Positions 1 to 8,739 of a DNA stretch of 10,409 bases are shown here, piece by piece. The stretch lies in the IMG/VR virus record IMGVR_UViG_2563366831_000007; one strand, written 5' to 3'. A model generated the notes under the pieces. It saw nothing but the letters and a program-made list of their open reading frames with translations, was not told the origin of the DNA and did no database searches. A program made the translations under genes and the position numbers. This DNA comes from a virus (Duplodnaviria; Heunggongvirae; Uroviricota; Caudoviricetes). Position 1 is the first letter of the stretch. The number at the start of each line of letters is the position of its first letter.

Positions 1-26
1 GCGGCAGAAAACAACATTTTTTTCAT
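1..26 (-). CDS. 5' end of a gene continuing beyond the left edge; possible bor-like lipoprotein
   Basis: ATG at 26..24 on the minus strand, preceded by AGGA (rc of 34-37) 7 nt upstream. Reads MKKMLFSA..., which resembles the lambda Bor N-terminus (MKKML...) as I recall it. Only 8 codons are visible. Confidence 0.3.
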
Positions 27-87
27 CTTATTATCCTGCATTGTTAAAAACGGCAGAATCCTATGTGACAACAATTAAACGATAGTT

Positions 88-95
88 AAATGGAT
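88..95. repeat. Target-site duplication, left copy (AAATGGAT)
   Basis: The 8-bp AAATGGAT directly abuts the GTAAGCG terminus at 96 and recurs exactly at 2795-2802, directly after the other IS terminus. 8 bp is the TSD length typical of the IS66 family. Confidence 0.8.
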
Positions 96-121
96 GTAAG
101 CGACTCGTCAGAACCGTATTG
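96..121. repeat. IS66-family terminal inverted repeat (tnpC-proximal end)
   Basis: Begins GTAAGCG, the characteristic IS66-family terminus. About 18/26 match to the reverse complement of 2769-2794. Confidence 0.65.
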
Positions 122-125
122 ATAT

Positions 126-1697
126 TTACTGAGAGCTCAGATCAACTTTCCAGGGCAACAGATCGCGTACCCGGTTTGCCGGCCAGTCCTGGATATGTTC
201 AATGACGTAACGCAGCCACTTTTCTGGCTCCACATTGTTCAGACGGCATGTGCCGATCAGCGAGTACAACACCGCCGCATGTTCACCACCGCTGTCGGAA
301 CCCGCGAACATCCAGTTTTTCCGGCCTACGGCCACTCCCCGTAAGGCGTTCTCTGCGATGTTGTTGTCGATTTCCACCCAGCCATTACTGCAGTACACGT
401 TCAGTGCATCCCACTGTTTCAGCAGGTATGCGAACGCTTTTGCCGTATCTGAGTGACGCGACAGTGTTTTCATCTGTTGCTGTATCCAGTCATACAGTGA
501 CTGCATCAGTGGCGCGGCTCTGGCTTTTCTTGCCGCCAGACGCTGTTCTGCTGAACAGCCCCGGACCTCTGCCTCGATGGCATACAGTTCACCGATACGC
601 TGCAGGGCTTCCGTGGTGATGTAGGTGGGCGCTCTTGCATGCACATCGTGGATTTTTCTCCGGGCATGAGCCATACACGCGGCTTCCGTTATTCTGCCGG
701 ATTCGTATAACGCCCGGTAACCACCGTAAGCATCGGCCTGAAGCACACCGCTGTAACCGGCCAGGTGATTTTGTGGATGGATACCTTTCCGGTCCGGACT
801 GTACGCGAACCAGACCGCCGGGGGCATCTGTGAACCGGCGTTACGGTCATCACGGACGTAGACCCACAGCCGGGCTGTCCGGGTTTTACCGCTGCCCGGC
901 TCCTGGACCGGGACGGGGATATCATCAGCATGGACTTTACCGGGCATCAGCACATACTGGCGCAGGACGTCATACAGCGGCTCCAGCAGTTCAGCAACAG
1001 CACCTGTCCAGCGCCCCAGTGTGGCACGGCTCAGCTCCACTCCCTGACGACGGTATATTTCTGACTGGCGGTATAACGGCAGATGGTCTGCATATTTCCC
1101 GGTGACAACATGGGCCAGAAGCCCCGCTCCGGCATAACTGCGTGCAATGGGTTTTGAAGGTACTGGTGCCTGCACGATATGGTCGCACCGGCAACAGGCC
1201 TGTTTCGGACGTTGTGTTTCGATAACCTTAAAGGCGCTGCTGATAAGCTCCAGTTGCTCTGACACATCACATCCCAGAGAACTGAGTTCACCACCACAGG
1301 CAGGACAGCATTCCTCTTCCGGCCGGATAACCCGGGTTTCACGGGGAAGTGAGGCCGGTAACGGTTTACGGGCTGAAGACTGGCGCAGGGCGGATGGCAG
1401 TACCGGGTCATATTGCTCACCCAGCGTTTCCGCCATTTCTTCCTGAAGTGCGCTGATTCGCTCCTGTGCTTCCTGTATCTGCCGTTCGGTTTTTGCACGA
1501 AGTTTTTCTGAGCTTTTACCGAACTGCATACGTTGCAGTTTCGCAACCAGCGCCTTCAGCCGGTTGATTTCGGAAGCATAAGCCGCCACCCGCTGTGAGA
1601 GCAGGCGGTTGTATTCAGCCATCTGGCGGATGGTGTCCTGTTGCGTCTGCAACAGTGCCCGCAGGCGGGCGTTCTCATGAGCAAGTGAGGTGTCCAT
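126..1697 (-). CDS. tnpC: IS66-family transposase TnpC (523 aa)
   Basis: Full-length ORF with an N-terminal coiled-coil-like region (QLRAL..., [12 protein letters not shown]), a Cys cluster (CPACGG...CCRCDH, zinc-ribbon-like) and a large C-terminal catalytic region. It is the third gene of the tnpA-tnpB-tnpC arrangement. Confidence 0.9.
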   Translation of the reverse strand: MDTSLAHENARLRALLQTQQDTIRQMAEYNRLLSQRVAAYASEINRLKALVAKLQRMQFGKSSEKLRAKTERQIQEAQERISALQEEMAETLGEQYDPVLPSALRQSSARKPLPASLPRETRVIRPEEECCPACGGELSSLGCDVSEQLELISSAFKVIETQRPKQACCRCDHIVQAPVPSKPIARSYAGAGLLAHVVTGKYADHLPLYRQSEIYRRQGVELSRATLGRWTGAVAELLEPLYDVLRQYVLMPGKVHADDIPVPVQEPGSGKTRTARLWVYVRDDRNAGSQMPPAVWFAYSPDRKGIHPQNHLAGYSGVLQADAYGGYRALYESGRITEAACMAHARRKIHDVHARAPTYITTEALQRIGELYAIEAEVRGCSAEQRLAARKARAAPLMQSLYDWIQQQMKTLSRHSDTAKAFAYLLKQWDALNVYCSNGWVEIDNNIAENALRGVAVGRKNWMFAGSDSGGEHAAVLYSLIGTCRLNNVEPEKWLRYVIEHIQDWPANRVRDLLPWKVDLSSQ

Positions 1698-1716
1698 ATC
1701 CTCACTTTACAACGGG

Positions 1717-2064
1717 TTATATGCGGATTCCAGCGCGTTCCGTTCGTTTCGGGTGCTTCCAGTTGATACCTTCAAGAAGCATGGATAACTGAGCCGGAGT
1801 AAGGTGCACCTTGCCGTCACGGGTGACTGGCCAGACGAAGCGGCCCCGCTCCAGGCGTTTGGTGAAGAGGCACAGTCCGTCACTGTCAGCCCACAACACT
1901 TTTATCTGGTCACCCCGGCGTCCGCGGAAGATGAACAGGTGTCCGGAGAACGGGTCATCCTTCAGGACGTTCTGAACTTTTGATGCCAGGCCGTTAAAGC
2001 CATTTCGCATATCGGTGATACCTGCAACCAGCCAGATACGCGAACCTGCAGGGAGAGATATCAT
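1717..2064 (-). CDS. tnpB: IS66-family accessory protein TnpB (Orf2), 115 aa
   Basis: Contains the conserved IS66 Orf2 motif IWLVAGITDMRNGFNGLA...FIFRGRRGDQIKVLW...DGLCLFTKRLERGRFVWP. Its start codon overlaps the tnpA stop (ATGA at 2062-2066). Confidence 0.9.
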   Translation of the reverse strand: MISLPAGSRIWLVAGITDMRNGFNGLASKVQNVLKDDPFSGHLFIFRGRRGDQIKVLWADSDGLCLFTKRLERGRFVWPVTRDGKVHLTPAQLSMLLEGINWKHPKRTERAGIRI

Positions 2065-2741
2065 CAGTGGCTGCTCCCTTTTATTTCGCGGATAAGTGTC
2101 TGTAATAACGCCGGCGTCAGTTTACCTTTAAGCCTGAGAGTTCCGGCCGGCAGAACCAGCTCACAACACAGACTGTCGGACGGTGTATTTATCTGCTCTG
2201 GTTCCTGTGCGGGGGCCGGGATTTTATTATCCGGCTCCGGCGTTAACGTCACGGGAAGCAGTGCCGGCATATTTTTTCCGGAAGGCAGCAGGCCACCTTT
2301 CCGGTATTGATGGCGCCAGTTGAAGAGCAGGTTATCGTTGATTCCGTTTTCCCGGGCGATCTGCGCCACACAGGCTCCGGGCTGCAGTGACTGCTCCACT
2401 AAGGCGATTTTAAACTCATAAGGGAAGTTGGGCCGCCGGGGACGTTTTTTTACCACGGGGGCTTCGGATATAACGGTGCTTTCAGGACGTACGACTGGTA
2501 CCGTGGAAAATTGTCCGTAAAGGCAGGCATCAAGTTCCTGCTCCGACATGCCTGCGGGCAAAGGCCACGAAAGGCCAGCTCTCCGAAAGCGCACGAACAT
2601 ACTACAAACTGTTGATTTTGGTACACCCAGGCGACGCCCGGCCACAACCCGGGGTAAATGTTCTTCAAAGTGAAGACGTAAAGCTTCAGTGATCCAGGTC
2701 CGGTGTTTCATACGATAGTGTCCATTAAAAATGATGGACAT
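2064..2741 (-). CDS. tnpA: IS66-family TnpA (Orf1), 225 aa as drawn; true start uncertain
   Basis: The C-terminal half (PNFPYEFKIALVEQSLQPGACVAQIARENGINDNLLFNWRHQYRKG) is the HTH-like IS66 Orf1 signature. In-frame ATGs at 2741 and 2711 both lack an obvious SD. The product is longer than the ~130 aa I recall for typical IS66 Orf1. Confidence 0.7.
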   Translation of the reverse strand: MSIIFNGHYRMKHRTWITEALRLHFEEHLPRVVAGRRLGVPKSTVCSMFVRFRRAGLSWPLPAGMSEQELDACLYGQFSTVPVVRPESTVISEAPVVKKRPRRPNFPYEFKIALVEQSLQPGACVAQIARENGINDNLLFNWRHQYRKGGLLPSGKNMPALLPVTLTPEPDNKIPAPAQEPEQINTPSDSLCCELVLPAGTLRLKGKLTPALLQTLIREIKGSSH

Positions 2742-2768
2742 TATTTTTGTAGAGCCGGAGGAAACAGA

Positions 2769-2794
2769 CCAGACGGTTTAAATGAGCCGGTTAC
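2769..2794. repeat. IS66-family terminal inverted repeat (tnpA-proximal end)
   Basis: The reverse complement begins GTAACCGG and matches the 96-121 terminus at about 18/26 positions. It is followed immediately by the TSD copy. Confidence 0.65.
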
Positions 2795-2802
2795 AAATGG
2801 AT
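2795..2802. repeat. Target-site duplication, right copy (AAATGGAT)
   Basis: Exact copy of 88-95, abutting the IS terminus. Confidence 0.8.
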
Positions 2803-2931
2803 TGATGAAAATTAAAACTACACAGGTGAGCTCAGACGATTGGAGGGAGTTGGGGACACTCAGAATCCTGTAGAATGAAATAAACCGGTCTATCCGTCCA
2901 TTACCCTTTTAGCTGCGCTGTATCGTCGCCG

Positions 2932-2996
2932 TATTCCCGCATTAACCATGACCGTAGCCCGACGGGGAATTCCTTCTGCGTGAGTGTGCGGGAATA
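2932..2996. repeat. Perfect 10-bp inverted repeat pair (TATTCCCGCA ... TGCGGGAATA) with a 45-bp spacer
   Basis: 2932-2941 is the exact reverse complement of 2987-2996. It lies in the non-coding region upstream of the lipoprotein gene. Confidence 0.6.
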
Positions 2997-3046
2997 ATTA
3001 AAAACGATGCACACCGGGTTTTTACCGCGTTAATGATTCGCGGATT

Positions 3047-3121
3047 TATCCCGGTGCGATGGTGGAAGAAACCGGAAGCTGTATTACAGAAAGTGCTACT
3101 ACTGTATCCCGATGCGATGTA
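3047..3121. repeat. Direct repeat of a TATCCCG-containing 16-mer (TATCCCGGTGCGATGG / TATCCCGATGCGATGT)
   Basis: Two copies at 3047-3062 and 3106-3121 match at 14/16 positions. They share the TAT(T)CCCG core with the inverted repeat at 2932/2987. Confidence 0.55.
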
Positions 3122-3213
3122 TGTAATGTGAGTCAGATAATGGCACAGGATGTGGTGATGTGGCAGTCTGGAACACAGGATATATTGTCAGAATAAGACC
3201 CGTAGGAATAAAA

Positions 3214-3540
3214 ATGAAAAGACGCCTTTTACTACTTTTTCTGTTATCTGTCCTAGCAGTGGGATGCTCGCAGCAAAAAGCTGATGAGCCCCGGCAATTA
3301 GTGACGGTGTATCCACGATATCCGGAATATGCTGCAGCAAATTATATCAAGGGGCTGGTTGAGGTTAAGTTCGATATTGGTGCTGATGGGACTGTGACAC
3401 GGATCGTTTTTCTCCGCTCAGAGCCTCATAATTTGTTTCGTGATGAAGTGGTGAAGGCCATGGCGAAATGGCGATTTGAAAAGAATCGTCCCTGTCAGGG
3501 AGTGAAGAGACAATTTATCTTTACGCCGTCACGTCCCTGA
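3214..3540 (+). CDS. Small lipoprotein consisting of a TonB C-terminal-like domain (about 108 aa precursor)
   Basis: ATG at 3214 with AGGA 6 nt upstream; the track ORF begins at an upstream GTG (3160), which I consider less likely. The N-terminus MKRRLLLLFLLSVLAVG-C is a lipoprotein signal peptide with a lipobox, and Ser at +2 suggests outer-membrane sorting. The mature part aligns with E. coli TonB residues ~150-225 as recalled (YPxxAxxxxIxGxVxVKFDxxxDGxVxxxxxLxSxPxNxFxxEVxxAMxxWRxE), roughly 40% identity over ~70 aa. There is no TM anchor or Pro-rich spacer. Confidence 0.8.
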   Translation: MKRRLLLLFLLSVLAVGCSQQKADEPRQLVTVYPRYPEYAAANYIKGLVEVKFDIGADGTVTRIVFLRSEPHNLFRDEVVKAMAKWRFEKNRPCQGVKRQFIFTPSRP

Positions 3541-3569
3541 TGCTTCCAGGTAGAGAGGGGCTGGAAGCA
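3541..3569 (+). other. Stem-loop (9-bp stem TGCTTCCAG/CTGGAAGCA, 11-nt loop) directly after the lipoprotein stop codon
   Basis: Perfect inverted repeat starting at the first base after the TGA. No T-tract follows, so it is not a canonical intrinsic terminator. Confidence 0.5.
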
Positions 3570-3632
3570 GGAGAAAAATGAAAGAGCCAGCGGTTATATT
3601 TTTGTCATGGCTGACGAGGAATGATGGAAGAA

Positions 3633-3680
3633 GGCGTTGTATGCCACACAACGCCTCACTGTTCATTTCTTCTTTTTCTC
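3633..3680 (+). terminator. Candidate rho-independent terminator for the lipoprotein transcript
   Basis: 8-bp perfect stem GGCGTTGT/ACAACGCC (3633-3640, 3648-3655) with a 7-nt loop, followed by the T-rich run TCACTGTTCATTTCTTCTTTTTCTC. Confidence 0.5.
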
Positions 3681-3842
3681 TAGTGGAACCCGATGAATAA
3701 GAGTTGCACTGGTTTCCGATGAGATGGCGATATACTCGGGCAAAGTATGCTGGCAGTTTTCCAACTGGTCAAAAATACCTGCTCTCGTCTGTTGCAATGC
3801 CTGCAGCATGCGGCGGCAATGCGCCTTGCTTTTGCTAACCAT
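3663..3842 (-). CDS. Hypothetical small protein (59 aa), low confidence
   Basis: ATG at 3842..3840 preceded by a strong SD-like GAGGAAGGAAAG. Predicted sequence MVSKSKAHCRRMLQALQQTRAGIFDQLENCQHTLPEYIAISSETSATLIHRVPLEKKKK. The poly-Lys tail coincides with the plus-strand terminator T-tract, which weakens the call. The longer 117-aa version from 4016 has no SD. Confidence 0.35.
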   Translation of the reverse strand: MVSKSKAHCRRMLQALQQTRAGIFDQLENCQHTLPEYIAISSETSATLIHRVPLEKKKK

Positions 3843-3903
3843 CTTTCCTTCCTCTATCAGTCGCTGCGTGAACTCATCATGGAATACCAGGTAAATGCGG
3901 ATG

Positions 3904-4155
3904 TTATCGGTTTTGGCTACGCAGCATAGTACAAAACGGACAGGTGCATCCCGGGACGGGGGAGGCGTCACATGTCCCTGTGATGGTTGTTCCGGGTAAT
4001 GCACTGTGTGGGGCATAAAAATGTCCGATAATTTTACTTTCTACCGCAGTTAGTTGATTCGTTGGTCCTGGTAGCACATTGGGCGAGGATTTAAATGCCA
4101 GGCAACTGAAGGATGATGTTGCAAGGGAGATAGCGAGAATATTTCTGATTTTCAT
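3904..4155 (-). CDS. Hypothetical small secreted Cys-rich protein (83 aa precursor), low confidence
   Basis: ATG at 4155..4153 with GAGG 9 nt upstream. The N-terminus MKIRNILAISLATSSFSCLA looks like a signal peptide, and the C-terminus carries a Cys cluster (TGTCDASPVPGCTCPFC). No family recognised. The ORF-track version (106 aa from 4224) has an unlikely N-terminal extension. Confidence 0.35.
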   Translation of the reverse strand: MKIRNILAISLATSSFSCLAFKSSPNVLPGPTNQLTAVESKIIGHFYAPHSALPGTTITGTCDASPVPGCTCPFCTMLRSQNR

Positions 4156-4269
4156 TTGATGATGCCTCTGTGTGAAATGACGGTAAACGACGCACTTGTG
4201 CCGGCACATAATAGCAAGCACCATAATAGATCAGATTCGATTCTTGCTGTAAGTGATAATTATTCTCGT

Positions 4270-4304
4270 TTTTCGGGTCCTTTCCGGCGATCCAACAGGC
4301 TACG
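4270..4304 (+). promoter_or_regulatory. cosQ-containing region immediately upstream of cosN (approximate)
   Basis: The sequence ...GGTCCTTTCCGGCGATCCAACAGGCTACG directly precedes the cohesive-end sequence and resembles the lambda right-end sequence as I recall it. Exact cosQ limits are not determinable here. Confidence 0.5.
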
Positions 4305-4316
4305 GGGCGGCGACCT
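4305..4316 (+). promoter_or_regulatory. cosN cohesive-end sequence GGGCGGCGACCT (terminase nicking site)
   Basis: Exact match to the 12-nt lambda cohesive end. The following CGCGGGTTTTCGCTATTTATGAAAATTTTCCGG (4317-4349) matches the lambda left end as recalled. It sits 188 nt upstream of the nu1 start, against 190 in lambda. Confidence 0.9.
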
Positions 4317-4349
4317 CGCGGGTTTTCGCTATTTATGAAAATTTTCCGG

Positions 4350-4470
4350 GGAAAATCATGTCGGTACTTCTCGAACATAACTATTTGTTTTTTCTAATAT
4401 CGAATCCGTAAAAGGTCCGACATGAAAACGCCTAAAAAAGTCATTTTCGGGCACTTTCATGTCGGCCCCT
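4350..4470 (+). promoter_or_regulatory. cosB with three non-lambda R elements (R3 4352-4364 direct, R2 4417-4429 inverted, R1 4453-4465 direct) and a candidate IHF site near 4378-4390
   Basis: Three copies of (T)TTCATGTCGG are arranged direct-inverted-direct like lambda R3-R2-R1, but the repeat sequence differs from the lambda R consensus (CGTTTCC-type). The AT-rich spacer contains rc AAACAAATAGTTA, one mismatch from the IHF consensus WATCAANNNNTTR. Confidence 0.65.
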
Positions 4471-4492
4471 GTATTTATTGTGAGACTGTTTC

Positions 4493-5012
4493 ATGAAGGT
4501 TAATAAAAAGAAACTTGCCGAAATTTTCAACGTGGATCCGCGAACGATTGAACGCTGGCAGTCTCAGGGACTCCCTTGCGTCTCCGGAGGTGGTAAGGGC
4601 GTTGAATCTGTATTTGATACCGCCATGGCAATTCAGTGGTATGCGCAGAGGGAAGCTGATATCGAAAATGAAAAACTCCGTAAAGAGGTTGTGGATTACA
4701 GGGCTGCCAGTGAGGCAGATCTCCAGCCTGGGACTATTGAGTACGAACGCCATCGACTTACGCGTGCGCAGGCCGACGCACAGGAGCTGAAGAATGCCAG
4801 AGACTCCGCAGAGGTGGTGGAAACCGCATTCTGTACTTTCGTGCTGTCACGGATCGCAGGTGAAATTGCCAGTATTCTTGACGGGATCCCTCTCTCGGTA
4901 CAGCGGCGTTTTCCGGAACTGGAAAACCGACATGTTGATTTCCTGAAACGGGATATCATCAAAGCCATGAACAAAGCAGCCGCGCTGGATGAACTGATAC
5001 CGGGGTTGCTGA

Positions 5013-5038
<26 letters not shown>
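4493..5038 (+). CDS. nu1: Terminase small subunit (gpNu1-like), 181 aa, with a non-lambda N-terminal DNA-binding domain
   Basis: Same length as lambda Nu1. From about residue 66 onward ([60 protein letters not shown]...) it is near-identical to lambda Nu1 as recalled. The first ~65 aa ([36 protein letters not shown]...) diverge. It overlaps A by 26 nt, as in lambda. Confidence 0.9.

Positions 5039-8719
<3,681 letters not shown>

Positions 8720-8739
<20 letters not shown>

Larger units (their letters stand above)
96..2794 (-). mobile_element. IS66-family insertion sequence, 2,699 bp, apparently intact
   Basis: Three consecutive minus-strand ORFs with IS66-type organisation (tnpA, tnpB, tnpC), including an ATGA stop/start overlap between tnpA and tnpB. 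Termini are GTAAGCGACTCGTCAGAACCGTATTG (96-121) and rc(2769-2794) GTAACCGGCTCATTTAAACCGTCTGG, about 18/26 identical. Flanked by a perfect 8-bp direct repeat. Confidence 0.85.

Noticed and set aside
235-1546. ORFs antisense to or overlapping tnpC (235-456, 248-619, 635-1105, 1147-1446 on plus; 689-931, 991-1194, 1031-1546 on minus)
   Set aside because: They are embedded in the tnpC coding region and are shadow or alternative-frame ORFs without support.
54-2886. 9-bp direct repeat CAGAATCCT (54-62 and 2861-2869) with weak flanking similarity, lying outside the TSD on both sides of the IS
   Set aside because: A single 9-mer coincidence in two short AT-rich flanks is plausibly chance. It is outside the IS boundaries defined by the exact TSD and not needed to explain the insertion.
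3030-3150. Fur-box-like fragments (TAATGATT at 3031, GATAATGG at 3137) upstream of the TonB-domain gene
   Set aside because: Only partial hexamer matches to the 19-bp Fur consensus GATAATGATAATCATTATC. This is tempting given the TonB link but not supported by the sequence.
3160-3213. Upstream GTG-initiated extension of the lipoprotein ORF (MAVWNTGYIVRIRPVGIK-)
   Set aside because: It would bury the signal peptide. The ATG at 3214 has a properly spaced AGGA and gives a canonical lipoprotein precursor.
3578-3703. 41-codon plus-strand ORF (MKEPAVIFLSWLTRNDGRRRCMPHNASLFISSFSLVEPDE) with an AGGAG SD, between the two hairpins
   Set aside because: Too short and unsupported to call. It overlaps the terminator hairpin and the 3' end of the minus-strand ORF. 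Mentioned only as a possibility.
3747-3929. Plus-strand 60-aa ORF overlapping the two minus-strand small ORFs
   Set aside because: No convincing SD, and it overlaps the better-supported minus-strand candidate; kept out of the feature list. This region is open in three frames, so all calls here are weak.
4091-4378. ORFs spanning the cos site (4091-4378 minus, 4156-4338 plus)
   Set aside because: They run through cosQ/cosN/cosB, which is conserved cis-acting DNA, and have no SD. Most likely non-coding.
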